DNA of 61,873 bases, filler included, from Candidatus Limnocylindrales bacterium (GTDB taxonomy: Bacteria > Moduliflexota > Moduliflexia > Moduliflexales > JAUQPW01), in assembly GCA_035559535.1 (NCBI GenBank). It is 4 parts of 3 records of this genome, joined end to end, with 100 filler letters (N's around TTAATTAATTAA, not from the genome) between each part and the next. Parts side by side here need not be neighbours in the genome. Positions count along the whole stretch, not along the records: positions 31,545 to 58,479 come from DATMBG010000018.1; 3 more parts are not named here. One strand, given 5' to 3'. This document shows positions 42,050 through 51,667 of this stretch, piece by piece (within the stretch, counting starts at the first letter, position 1; each line of letters opens with the position of its first letter). A model generated the notes under the pieces. That model did not search any database. It was given only the letters and a program-made list of their open reading frames with translations, and had not been told where the DNA came from. The translations under genes and the position numbers were made by a program.

Positions 42050-43372
42050 ATGAAAATCTATCGTCAAATTCTATTCCATCTTCTGATCTGGTTTGTATTA
42101 GTCCCGTCAGTTTTTGCTCAACAGCTTCCGATGGCTAAACCTCAGGAACTGGGATTCTCCCCAGAACGTTTAGATCGTATTCATAAGGTACTCCAGGCGC
42201 ATGTGGATCAGAATCATATTCCCGGAGCGGTGGTACTGATTGCGCGCCACGGTAAAGTAGCTTATTTGGAAAGTTTTGGGATGAGGGATAAGGAGGCTAA
42301 TAAACCCATGGAAACCGATACCATCTTTCGTATTGCCTCAATGACCAAACCCATTACAAGCCTTGCGGCCATGATGCTTTACGAGGAGGGCCGTTTTCTT
42401 CTCTCGGACCCTATCTCAAAGTTTATTCCAGAATTTAAAAACCCCAAAGTGGCCGTGCGGTCAACTTCTAATAGCCCTCTGGTACCCACCTATATATTGG
42501 TTCCTGCAAAACGCGAAATCACTATTCGAGATCTCTTAACCCATACATCGGGAATTACTTACCGTTTTTGGGGACGCGAGTATTTTGCAGATCTCTATAA
42601 GAAGACGGGAATATCGGATGGTCTTATCCAAACCGAAGGAACCATTGCCGATGAAGTTAAAAAACTGGCTCAGTTACCCCTCACCAACCAACCCGGGGAA
42701 GCTTACGAGTATGGTTTAAATACCGATGTGCTGGGCTATTTGATTGAGGTGGTCTCGGGTCAGACGTTAGACAAGTTTTTCCAGGAACGGATATTTACCC
42801 CGCTCGGTATGAAAGATACCCACTTCTTCTTACCCGAAGAAAAACTACCCCGCTTGGCCGGTGTTTACGTATCTAATGAGGCAGGAGGAATCAAAAAACT
42901 TTCCGATGAGCCGGTTCAAGAAGGGGAACATACCCTATATTCGGCGAGTTTTCATTATAAAGGACCTCGAACTTATCTATCTGGAGGTGCGGGCCTCGTC
43001 TCCACGGTCACGGATTATTATCGGTTTCTCCAGATGCTACTCAATGGAGGCGAATTAAACGGGATCCGCCTGATAAGTCGGAAAACCATTGAACTCATGC
43101 GAACCAGTCATACCGGAAATCTGGATATGTGGCTCGGGAATCCGGGTGATGGATTTGGACTTGGATTTGGTATTATCAAGGACCTAGGTCAGGCAGGCGA
43201 AATGGCAGGATCTCCCGGCACTTACTACTGGGGCGGCTTTTTTAGTACCACCTTTTGGGTTGATCCTAAAGAGGATTTGATCGGGATTTTTATGACTCAA
43301 TTTCGTCCCTTTAATCCCCATAATATCCTTCAACAATTCCGGGTTTTAACTTATCAGGCAATCGCAGATTGA
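42050..43372 (+). CDS. Exported serine hydrolase (beta-lactamase class C/esterase family)
   Basis: Signal peptide, IASMTK (SxxK), LLTHTSG, WGG. Confidence 0.92.
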   Translation: MKIYRQILFHLLIWFVLVPSVFAQQLPMAKPQELGFSPERLDRIHKVLQAHVDQNHIPGAVVLIARHGKVAYLESFGMRDKEANKPMETDTIFRIASMTKPITSLAAMMLYEEGRFLLSDPISKFIPEFKNPKVAVRSTSNSPLVPTYILVPAKREITIRDLLTHTSGITYRFWGREYFADLYKKTGISDGLIQTEGTIADEVKKLAQLPLTNQPGEAYEYGLNTDVLGYLIEVVSGQTLDKFFQERIFTPLGMKDTHFFLPEEKLPRLAGVYVSNEAGGIKKLSDEPVQEGEHTLYSASFHYKGPRTYLSGGAGLVSTVTDYYRFLQMLLNGGELNGIRLISRKTIELMRTSHTGNLDMWLGNPGDGFGLGFGIIKDLGQAGEMAGSPGTYYWGGFFSTTFWVDPKEDLIGIFMTQFRPFNPHNILQQFRVLTYQAIAD

Positions 43373-43394
43373 AGACCCCCTCCCAGATAAATGA

Positions 43395-43422
43395 TACCCA
43401 TCCTGTGAAAGCAGGATGGGTA
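43395..43422 (+). terminator. Strong hairpin downstream of the serine hydrolase gene
   Basis: TACCCATCCTG-TGAAAG-CAGGATGGGTA; no clear U-tract. Confidence 0.45.
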
Positions 43423-43509
43423 CCTGCCTGAAGGATGAATTAAATTTTTCCTCAAATCCCCTTTTCATCATGCCCTTTTCTCTATCTTATTAATTTTTTC
43501 TAAAAAGTA

Positions 43510-43566
43510 TTGACACCTCTTCCCTTAGCCTTATATTTATGGTTAAATAGTGTAATAAGTACACTA
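43510..43566 (+). promoter_or_regulatory. sigma70 promoter with an NrtR-like operator
   Basis: TTGACA(43510)-16 nt-TATATT, then TAGTGT-N7-ACACTA (43548-43566) matching the GT-N7-AC NrtR core, upstream of an NAD-salvage-type gene. Confidence 0.65.
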
Positions 43567-43728
43567 AACAATTAGGAGTTTAGAAGAGTAATTGTGGAAA
43601 ATCTGGGAGGGTTCAACCCCAGGAGTTCATCTGCTTCGATTTATAAGGATAAAGGTTGGAGTGCGAGATACCTTTAGCCTGAACGAAGGGTGAATCGGCA
43701 TTTCGCACTTAACCGGGAATAAAAACCT

Positions 43729-44781
43729 ATGGAAATCCAGGCTTATCCTCTACCGAAACATTTTAATTCAGCCCATGCTTTCGACAGTGGCTATGAACCC
43801 GATTTGCAAGCATTATTTCCCATGGCTATAGAGTGGAAAAAGAAACTCTCCATTCCGGATAGTGGTACAAAAGGGCATCCCAAAATCCATTTTCTGGGGA
43901 TTGATCTTCAGAAAAGTTTTTGCTTTCCCGATGGAAGTCTTTATGTGGGAGGTCGGAGTGGAAAAGGTGCCATGGAGGATAACGTGCGAATTGCAGAATT
44001 TATCTACCGTTATTTAGGCGTTATCAGCGATATAACCCTGACCCTGGACACCCACTTTGCTTATCAGATCTTCTTTCCGGCGTTTTGGTTGGATCAAAAC
44101 AATCACCATCCCAACCCCATGACCGAAGTGACGGTGGAGGAGGTGCGAACCGGTAAGTATCGTCCCAATCCTGCTATAGCCAGTTGGGTTTGCTCCAGTG
44201 ACTACACCTGGTTACAGCAGTATGTCGAGCACTATTGCTCCGAGCTTGAGAAGACCGGTAAGTACAAACTCATGTTGTGGCCCTATCACTGCTTATTGGG
44301 GAGTAAAGGCCATACACTGGCAGGAGTGATTCTGGAAGCCCATTATTTCCATAGCTTTGTTAAAGGACAACAAAACTGGTGTGAAATGAAAGGTAGCAAT
44401 CCGTTGACCGAGAATTACTCGGTTTTGCGTCCGGAGGTGGTTTTGTCCCACGATGCAAAATCCATCGGGAGTAAAAATACCGGGCTGATTCAAAAGCTAC
44501 TGGCCTCCGATGCCGTTATTATTGGGGGGCAGGCGGCCAGTCACTGTGTTGCCTCAACCATTGATGACCTTCTGACGGAGATCCTGGACCGGGATCCCAA
44601 TCTGGTAAAAAAGGTCTATATCCTGGAAGATTGTATGTCGGCGGTAACCGTTCCCAATCCCCAGGGAGGTTTTTATGTAGACTTTACACCTCAAGCCGAA
44701 GCTTTCCTGAAGAAATTTAAATCTGCCGGTATGCACGTTGTGAAATCCACCGAGCCTCTGGAGAACTGGCTCAACATTTAG
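43729..44781 (+). CDS. Nicotinamidase/isochorismatase-family cysteine hydrolase (long form)
   Basis: IDLQKSF, TLDTH, LWPYHC, GQAASHCV (catalytic Cys), LEDCMS. Confidence 0.85.
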   Translation: MEIQAYPLPKHFNSAHAFDSGYEPDLQALFPMAIEWKKKLSIPDSGTKGHPKIHFLGIDLQKSFCFPDGSLYVGGRSGKGAMEDNVRIAEFIYRYLGVISDITLTLDTHFAYQIFFPAFWLDQNNHHPNPMTEVTVEEVRTGKYRPNPAIASWVCSSDYTWLQQYVEHYCSELEKTGKYKLMLWPYHCLLGSKGHTLAGVILEAHYFHSFVKGQQNWCEMKGSNPLTENYSVLRPEVVLSHDAKSIGSKNTGLIQKLLASDAVIIGGQAASHCVASTIDDLLTEILDRDPNLVKKVYILEDCMSAVTVPNPQGGFYVDFTPQAEAFLKKFKSAGMHVVKSTEPLENWLNI

Positions 44782-44927
44782 TGAAGTGAAAATGTTAAAC
44801 CGAAAGATCTTTTAAAAAAGACTTTGACATCTCCGACTTTATCATATTACCTCTAATAGAGGGGTTTTTAATTAAAGAGGATTTCTTTTGCCCTCAAAAG
44901 TTAAAGTGAAAGGCTCAAGGGGGAGGT

Positions 44928-45347
44928 ATGTTTCAACGAATCATGGTTCCTGTTGATTTAACGGATAAAAACATTGTTGCCTTGAACATTGCAGCCCAGA
45001 TAGCGGCCCAAAATAAGGCAAGTATCACTTTACTTCATGTGATTGAAACCATTCCGGATCTTTCATTTGAAGAACTTCAGGAATTTTATAGAAATTTAGA
45101 AAAGAAAGCCATGAATAAAATGAATGAGCTGGCGGAGAGGCTCCTTGAGAAAGGGTTAACCGTTCATCAGAAGGTTCAGTATGGAAATAGGGCCGAGGAA
45201 ATTGTAAAATATGCGGCAGAGCATCAAATCGATCTTATCATTCTAACCTCCCACAAGGTTAATTTAGAAAATCCAGGCCGGGGTTGGGGGACGATCAGTT
45301 ATAAGGTTGGAATTTTATCCCAATGTCCGGTTTTGCTGGTGAAGTGA
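44928..45347 (+). CDS. Universal stress protein
   Basis: IMVPVD, LLHVIE, IDLIIL.SH, CPVLLVK. Confidence 0.93.
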   Translation: MFQRIMVPVDLTDKNIVALNIAAQIAAQNKASITLLHVIETIPDLSFEELQEFYRNLEKKAMNKMNELAERLLEKGLTVHQKVQYGNRAEEIVKYAAEHQIDLIILTSHKVNLENPGRGWGTISYKVGILSQCPVLLVK

Positions 45348-45459
45348 AGTATGGGTTTATAGAGGTAAAGGATCGGAGTGTACCGGTTTTTGGGTGAGAG
45401 GGGTTAGAGGAGGAGCGAGGCTGGCTCAACCCCTTTTACGATGTTAAGGAGGTTTATTT

Positions 45460-46356
45460 GTGAGAATTCTGGTTACCGGATCCACCGGACTTATTGGTTC
45501 AGCATTGGTTCCTTTTCTTACCTCCCAGGGGCATGAGATAATTCGGCTGGTCCGATCAAAACCGAAGCCCGGGAGCAACGAATTTCAATGGGACCCTCTG
45601 GCGGGTATTGTAGATCCGGCGGCTTTAACCGGCATTGATGGGGTAGTACATCTGGCCGGGGAAAACATCGCTGAAAGATGGACTGCCGAGAAAAAGGCTC
45701 GAATTCGGGATAGTCGGGTTAAAGGGACCCAGACCCTTTGTAAGGCCCTGATCCAGCTAACCCAACCCCCCAGAATAGGTGTGTTTGCCTCGGCGGTAGG
45801 ATACTATGGAAATCGAGGGGATGAGATTCTGCGGGAGGAGAGCCCTCCGGGTTCTGGGTTTTTGGCCGAGGTTTGTCGGGAATGGGAAGCGGCAACCGAG
45901 CCTGCGGTCCAAAAGGGAATTCGGGTTGTCCGTCTTCGTATTGGAATCGTGCTGAGTCCTACAGGAGGTGCCTTAGCCGCCATGCTCCCTGCATTTAAAA
46001 TAGGTGCCGGAGGTCCGATAGGTGGGGGAAAGCAATACGTGAGCTGGATCACTTTGGATGATTTGATTACAGTTATAGATCATGTTATTAAGATGGAAAC
46101 GCTTCAAGGACCTGTGAATGCCGTAACCCCCAATCCAGTGACCAATGCCGAGTTTACCAAGATCCTGGGGAAGGTTCTTGGACGTCCTACAGCATTGCCC
46201 ATGCCTGCCTTTGCGGCGCGCCTGGCCTTTGGAGAAATGGCTAATGAACTGTTACTGGCCAGCACGCGCGTAGAACCGGCTCGACTTCTGGCTTCGGGTT
46301 ATACTTTTCGCTATCCTCACCTGGAGGAAGCACTTCGACATTTACTGGGAAACTAA
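45460..46356 (+). CDS. TIGR01777-family NAD-dependent epimerase/oxidoreductase
   Basis: VTGSTGLIG, HLAGENI, FLAEVCREWE, SWI..DD, GPVNAVTP.PV.N.EF. Confidence 0.93.
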   Translation: MRILVTGSTGLIGSALVPFLTSQGHEIIRLVRSKPKPGSNEFQWDPLAGIVDPAALTGIDGVVHLAGENIAERWTAEKKARIRDSRVKGTQTLCKALIQLTQPPRIGVFASAVGYYGNRGDEILREESPPGSGFLAEVCREWEAATEPAVQKGIRVVRLRIGIVLSPTGGALAAMLPAFKIGAGGPIGGGKQYVSWITLDDLITVIDHVIKMETLQGPVNAVTPNPVTNAEFTKILGKVLGRPTALPMPAFAARLAFGEMANELLLASTRVEPARLLASGYTFRYPHLEEALRHLLGN

Positions 46357-46437
46357 AACTTTTCTATTCTATGCGATTTGCCGGTGCTCAAGAAGGATCA
46401 GGGCAAATCGTGGAAAGGAAGTGGTAGAAAAAAGTAC

Positions 46438-47661
46438 ATGATCAATGAGAAGTGGTATGATATTGCCATTATCGGCGGGGGAATTATCGGTATGGCTACG
46501 GCCATGGAACTGATGTCACGACCGGGCCTTTCTTTAATCGTTTTGGAGGCAGAAGATCGGATAGCAGCCCATCAAACAGGAAACAACAGCGGGGTCATCC
46601 ATTCTGGTCTCTATTACAAACCAGGCTCCTTGAAGGCCCGTAATTGTGTAGAAGGTCGGGAAGCCCTGTATCGTTTCTGTAAGGAGTACGGGATCGCCCA
46701 TCAACGCTGCGGTAAGGTGGTTGTAGCAACCCATAAACGTGAGTTACCTATCCTGGAGGAGCTGGAACGGCGAGGTCTGGCCAATGGTCTTCAAGGACTC
46801 CGAAGACTGAGTCCCGAAGAAATCCGTGAGTATGAGCCCCATGTCGTGGGAATTGCCGGGCTTTTGGTTCAGGAAACCGGCATTGTAGACTATGTTCAGG
46901 TAACCCATAAATTTGCCGACCTGGTAAGGGCTGCAGGAGGGGAAATCCAAACCCGAGCTAAAGTCTATGGGGTTCGACGCCAACCCCAGGGCCTCTTACT
47001 GGAAACCCTTCGTGGAGAAGTCCGGTGTCGTTATTTGATAAATTGTGCCGGTCTCCAATCTGATCGGGTCGCCCGAATGTGCGGGGTTAATCCCCACCTC
47101 CAGATTATCCCCTTTCGGGGCGAGTACTATGAGCTTGTCCCCCAACGCCGTTATCTGATCAAGAACCTGGTTTACCCGGTTCCCGATCCGGCTTTCCCCT
47201 TCCTGGGGGTCCATTTCACCCGCATGATTCACGGAGGGGTTGAAGCAGGACCCAATGCCGTGCTTGCCTTCAAGCGAGAAGGTTACCGTTTGACTAGCTT
47301 CTCCCTTAAAGACATGCTGGAAACCGTTACCTACATAGGATTCTGGCAAATGGCCCGGAGATACTGGAAAACCGGAATTGTAGAACTCTCTCGATCCCTC
47401 AACAAAAAGGCCTTTGTAAAAGCCCTTCAAAAGTTGGTTCCCGAATTACGCCCGGAAGATATTCGCCCGGCCGGAGCCGGAGTCCGGGCACAGGCCGTCG
47501 AACCTAACGGCCTCCTGGTGGATGATTTTCGTATTGTCGAAGCAGAACGAATGATCCATGTTTTGAACGCCCCTTCCCCGGCTGCTACGGCCTCCATCAG
47601 CATCGGTAAAACCATTGCCAGAATGGCCGAGAAGAACTTCGATTTACCAAATGTAAAATGA
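46438..47661 (+). CDS. lhgO: L-2-hydroxyglutarate oxidase
   Basis: IIGGGIIG, HQTGNNSGVIHSGLYY.PGSLKA, PVPDP.FPFLGVHFTR, NAPSPAATAS; ATG at 46438 preferred. Confidence 0.92.
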   Translation: MINEKWYDIAIIGGGIIGMATAMELMSRPGLSLIVLEAEDRIAAHQTGNNSGVIHSGLYYKPGSLKARNCVEGREALYRFCKEYGIAHQRCGKVVVATHKRELPILEELERRGLANGLQGLRRLSPEEIREYEPHVVGIAGLLVQETGIVDYVQVTHKFADLVRAAGGEIQTRAKVYGVRRQPQGLLLETLRGEVRCRYLINCAGLQSDRVARMCGVNPHLQIIPFRGEYYELVPQRRYLIKNLVYPVPDPAFPFLGVHFTRMIHGGVEAGPNAVLAFKREGYRLTSFSLKDMLETVTYIGFWQMARRYWKTGIVELSRSLNKKAFVKALQKLVPELRPEDIRPAGAGVRAQAVEPNGLLVDDFRIVEAERMIHVLNAPSPAATASISIGKTIARMAEKNFDLPNVK

Positions 47662-47829
47662 TTTTATTTATCTACGAAGGACTGTGAAAAGTAGGGAGTA
47701 GGGGAGTGTGGGAGTGTGGGGGTTTAGAAAGTAAAGTATTCATACTCCCCTACTCCCACACTCCCAGACCCTGCTGTTGGCAGAAATAAACATCCAACCG
47801 GACCGTCATAAACTGGAGGTAAAATAAAA

Positions 47830-49359
47830 ATGTCTAAAAAAAGTATGGGGTTCTATGTAACGATTTTTGTTTTGGGTATAACCTTCATGACCTGGGGAGA
47901 AGAATCGCCCCCAGATAGGGAGACTTCTCAAAGATTGATTACTCAGATCGATTTTTCTTCATGGATCAAGGAATCTCTCCAGGTAAGTCCGGATAGCCGG
48001 CGAATGGCCTATGGAGTTGAAGAGAACAATAAAATGTTTGTAATTGTGGATGGAAAAAAGGAGAAGGCCTACGATGAAATTATGGAAGGCACTCCCATCT
48101 TCAGCCCAGACAGCCAGCATGTAGCCTATGGAGCTAAAGAAGGATCCAAAGTACGTGTGATTGTAGACGGAAAAGAAGAAAAAGCTTATGATGGGGTAGG
48201 TACGCCTATCTTCAGTCCCGACAGCAAACGATTAGCTTATGGAGCCAAAGAAAAGGACAAGATATTTATCGTGGTGGATGGAAAGGAAGGGAAAGCTTAC
48301 GAGAGTGTAAGTACTTTCACTTTCAGCCCGGACAGTCAGCGGATGGCCTATCGGGCCCAGCTAGGTGATAAGCGATTGGTAGTGGTAGATGGGAAAGAGG
48401 AAAAACCTTACGATGGGATCGGTACGATCCGCTTCAGCCCGGATAGTAAACGGATTGCCTATCTGGCCAAACAGGACAATCAGTGGTTCGTGGTGATAGA
48501 TGGAAAGGAGGGAAAACCTTACGAAGGCGCCGGAAAGGGAGCCCTCGTCTTTAGTCCGGATAGCCAGCGGGTAGCCTATGTGGTTAAAAAAGGGAACCAA
48601 GCGTTGATCATTGTAGATGAAAAAGAAGAAAAGCCCTATGAAAGCATCTTAGAAGGTAGTCTTCTTTTCAGTCCGGATAGCCAACACCTGGCTTATGTAG
48701 CAAAAGAAGGGGAAAAATGGTTCGTGGTGGTAGATGGAAAAGAAGAGAAAGCTTACGAGGGAGTGGGATTAAACAGCCTCCTGTTCAGTCCGGATAGCCA
48801 ACACCTGGCCTATGTGGCCCGAGAAGGTGGTAAGTGGTTTGTAGTAATAGATGGAAAAGAGGGAAAGCCCTATGAAAGTATTTTAAAAGGTACCCTCCTT
48901 TTTAGCCCGGACAGCCAACGAATCGCCTATGGAGCTAAAGAAAGCAATAAATGGTTGGTGGTAGTGGGTCAAACGTCCTCGTTTGATGGAAAAGAGGAAA
49001 AAGCCTATGAGGAAATTCTAAAAGATACCCTCCTCTTTAGCCCCGACAGCCGACACCTGGCTTATGTGGCCAGAGAAGGCGAAAAATGGTTTGTAGTCGT
49101 CGATGGAAAAGAAGAAAAAGCTTATGACCGTATCCTGGAAGGTACACCCATTTTTAGTCCGGATAGCCGGCGAGTAGCTTATGGAGCCGGGATCGGTAAT
49201 AACTGGTTCGTGGTTGTGGATGGAAAAGAAGGCAAATCCCATGAGGATATCGTTACGATTCGGGGGGGAAGGATTATCTTTGACTCTTCAGATACCCTCC
49301 ATTACCTGGCCGTATTCCGCAATGGTGTTTACCTGGTGGAAGAAAAAATAAAAAATTAG
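47830..49359 (+). CDS. Exported TolB/PD40-like beta-propeller repeat protein
   Basis: Signal peptide plus 11 repeats of ~37-39 aa (FSPDS..LAY.A....WFVVVDGKE.K.Y) and one degenerate copy. Confidence 0.85.
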   Translation: MSKKSMGFYVTIFVLGITFMTWGEESPPDRETSQRLITQIDFSSWIKESLQVSPDSRRMAYGVEENNKMFVIVDGKKEKAYDEIMEGTPIFSPDSQHVAYGAKEGSKVRVIVDGKEEKAYDGVGTPIFSPDSKRLAYGAKEKDKIFIVVDGKEGKAYESVSTFTFSPDSQRMAYRAQLGDKRLVVVDGKEEKPYDGIGTIRFSPDSKRIAYLAKQDNQWFVVIDGKEGKPYEGAGKGALVFSPDSQRVAYVVKKGNQALIIVDEKEEKPYESILEGSLLFSPDSQHLAYVAKEGEKWFVVVDGKEEKAYEGVGLNSLLFSPDSQHLAYVAREGGKWFVVIDGKEGKPYESILKGTLLFSPDSQRIAYGAKESNKWLVVVGQTSSFDGKEEKAYEEILKDTLLFSPDSRHLAYVAREGEKWFVVVDGKEEKAYDRILEGTPIFSPDSRRVAYGAGIGNNWFVVVDGKEGKSHEDIVTIRGGRIIFDSSDTLHYLAVFRNGVYLVEEKIKN

Positions 49360-49612
49360 AAGTCGGAGGTCGGAAACGATTAGACAGGCTTTCCATTCGG
49401 TTCATAATGGGATGATTTTTATTTTCGAATACCGGCCTCTGGAACTCTGGCTTCTGATTTTTGCCTCCGGAAGTTAGGCCGGTTCATAGCATGGATTCTA
49501 TCTTCTTCAGGAATTTGTGGGCACCGAGGGAATACGAACGGTTTTGATGAGAGTCTTTTATACCAGAAGCGGTTGGGGAAGCAGTCTTCTAAAACCGAAG
49601 CGGAAAAGGGTT

Positions 49613-50833
49613 TTATTCCATCTTGTTTTCTTCTAATTCCTCCTCCGGAAGGTCCCCATGGGCGATATCTAATTGATACTTGAACTCCATACTATAAATA
49701 TCCAGAACGGTTAAAAAGAGGACGGCAACAACCGGTCCGATGATGAATCCCATGGCACCGAACATATTAATACCTCCCAGGGTCGAAAAAAAGATCATCA
49801 AATCATGCATACCGGTATCTTGTCCGATCAGGCGCGGGCCCAATACGTTGTCGATATTGATGATCACCACTGTAGTAATTAAAAAAATGGCAATCCCTTG
49901 CCAGATATGCCCGGTAACGATTTGAATAACGGCTGCAGGGTACAGAACCAGCCAGGAACCGATCATGGGTATGATAGACAAAATAACCATGATCACTCCC
50001 CACAGAACCGGTGAACCGACCCCAAATATCCAGAGAATTAATCCGCCCAGAATCCCCTTGATTAACCCGATCAATAAAGTTCCTTTAATTGTAGCCCGGG
50101 AAACGGAAGCAAAGCGAGAAAAAATGGCATCTTCATACTGACTATCCAGAGGGCTCAGGTATTTGAGCCGACTTATCAAGGCTTCCCCATCCATAAAGAA
50201 ATAAAACATGGTAAAGAAGGTGATGAAAACCTGGGCAAGGATTTGGAAAGTTCCTCTGGAGGTTTCATTGATAACCGTGGCTAACAGACTACTCACGGCT
50301 CCAGCAATATCTTGCAGGGTAGATTGCCAGTTTACCTCATCCAGATTGAGCAGTTGAACCCACTTGGAGGTTTTGATCTTACCTAGAATTCCCTCATCAC
50401 CTTTTTGAACAATTTCTCGAATTTGTTGCTGAGCCTTTGGATAAAAGGCAATAGCTTCTTGAGAGACCAAGTCGGCAACAATGTAGACCGGAGAAAGTAA
50501 ACCCAACAACAGAATAATACAACAGACCAAGGAACTTAGAGCTTTACGGTTCCGAAAAAGCCTGAGCAGGTTCTCATAAAGGGGATAAAAGAGGGTGGTA
50601 AACACAGCCGCCAGCAATACCGGTACCAAAAAGATTTTGACCATGTTAAAAAAAACAAACGAGATACCAATGAGAATCGCCAAAAGAAAATAGCGGCTAA
50701 ACTTTTCAGACTGGCGTTTTCGGGAAACCCGGAGACGATCCAGGGTTGAATTTGATTGAGATGGTTTAGAAATCATTTTATCTTTAGAAATCATCTTATT
50801 TAATGAATTAGCAGATAAAGGCGAATTCGTCAA
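49613..50833 (-). CDS. AI-2E family transporter
   Basis: FYFF.DG, IP.IG..LV..P, IDN.L.P.LIG, GG...FG..GFIIGPV; start may be 50794 or 50776. Confidence 0.9.
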   Translation of the reverse strand: MTNSPLSANSLNKMISKDKMISKPSQSNSTLDRLRVSRKRQSEKFSRYFLLAILIGISFVFFNMVKIFLVPVLLAAVFTTLFYPLYENLLRLFRNRKALSSLVCCIILLLGLLSPVYIVADLVSQEAIAFYPKAQQQIREIVQKGDEGILGKIKTSKWVQLLNLDEVNWQSTLQDIAGAVSSLLATVINETSRGTFQILAQVFITFFTMFYFFMDGEALISRLKYLSPLDSQYEDAIFSRFASVSRATIKGTLLIGLIKGILGGLILWIFGVGSPVLWGVIMVILSIIPMIGSWLVLYPAAVIQIVTGHIWQGIAIFLITTVVIINIDNVLGPRLIGQDTGMHDLMIFFSTLGGINMFGAMGFIIGPVVAVLFLTVLDIYSMEFKYQLDIAHGDLPEEELEENKME

Positions 50834-50876
50834 CTTTTTTTATCAACTCGAGAAGCCTGTGAAATATTTTTGTAGC

Positions 50877-51003
50877 TACTGCATTGTTTACTTAATTTTA
50901 GCCTCATAGGGTTGCTTTCACTCCCCAACTCCCCTCTCCCGCAGCGTAGGAGAAGGGCCGGGGGTGAAGGAGAATCCCACAGAATTAACTTTACAAGGTA
51001 TTA
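50877..51003. mobile_element. MITE-like element, copy 1 (degenerate)
   Basis: TA-bounded with imperfect 21-bp TIRs (15/21); 3' tail GGGGTGAAGGAGAATCCCACAG..AACTTTACAA shared with 56355-56516. Confidence 0.6.
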
Positions 51004-51025
51004 CTCCGCGAAAGAAACCTATAAT

Positions 51026-51041
51026 TGGTATAATTATTGCA
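51026..51041 (+). promoter_or_regulatory. sigma54 (-24/-12) promoter
   Basis: TGGTATAATTATTGCA (GG-N10-GC), 26 nt before an ATG that has an AGGAGG RBS. Confidence 0.6.
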
Positions 51042-51067
51042 ATTTTTGAGGGAAGGAGGTTAATTTC

Positions 51068-51511
51068 ATGACATTACAAGATATTCTGACAACCCTGGGT
51101 CTTGTCTCTGTTACGGCTTTGATATTGGCCCTTTTGGGGCTTGCGCTGCTAAAGCATCGGTTACGTCACCTTCGACTTCCGCCTGATGCGGGCTTATTTG
51201 AAACCCTTCGTGCAGTTCCTCTCGGCCTTGTGGTCGTATTGGATCTGTTGGATTTGAGTCTGGATATTTTTTCAGCGCCGATTTCCTGGGCCATTTTGAG
51301 TCGTCTGGGTCTACAAGGCTTACGCCAGGTTACTCTACTTGAAGCCCTCATTCCGGGGACCCAGCTTATCCCTACCATGACACTGGCCTGGCTTCTAGCC
51401 CGTTTCAGTGAACGAGCACGGCCTTCGTCCGCGGTTCAATCTGACCCCGGAGAGGAGGTAAAAATGGACCATAACTTTTTTCCTTCATCGATAAAAAGGA
51501 GGAAACTTTAA
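51068..51511 (+). CDS. Hypothetical membrane protein
   Basis: Strong RBS; hydrophobic; LDLLD...DI.SAP and IPGTQLIPT.T..W segments. Confidence 0.75.
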   Translation: MTLQDILTTLGLVSVTALILALLGLALLKHRLRHLRLPPDAGLFETLRAVPLGLVVVLDLLDLSLDIFSAPISWAILSRLGLQGLRQVTLLEALIPGTQLIPTMTLAWLLARFSERARPSSAVQSDPGEEVKMDHNFFPSSIKRRKL

Positions 51512-51624
51512 TGCTCGTCGATATTAGCTGGACGGTGCTGGATATAGCCATTCTGGTATTGATATTTAAGCTGGTATGGGAGGAAAGAACCCATTCCGGC
51601 CCGGGTTCAAAACTGGAAAAGTAA
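51511..51624 (+). CDS. Small single-TM protein (37 aa)
   Basis: AGGAGG RBS, TAATG stop-start overlap, MLVDISWTVLDIAILVLIFKLVWEERTHSGPGSKLEK. Confidence 0.5.
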   Translation: MLVDISWTVLDIAILVLIFKLVWEERTHSGPGSKLEK

Positions 51625-51667
51625 AAAATTAAGAAACAGATTTTATACCGGAAGAAATCTCACCCCC

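Noticed and set aside
42050-43372. Beta-lactam resistance gene
   Set aside because: The motifs fit the broad esterase-like serine hydrolase family; nothing specific to AmpC
47830-49359. CRISPR-like regularly spaced DNA repeats
   Set aside because: They are in-frame protein repeats, with no unique spacers and no cas genes; no CRISPR array was seen in the window
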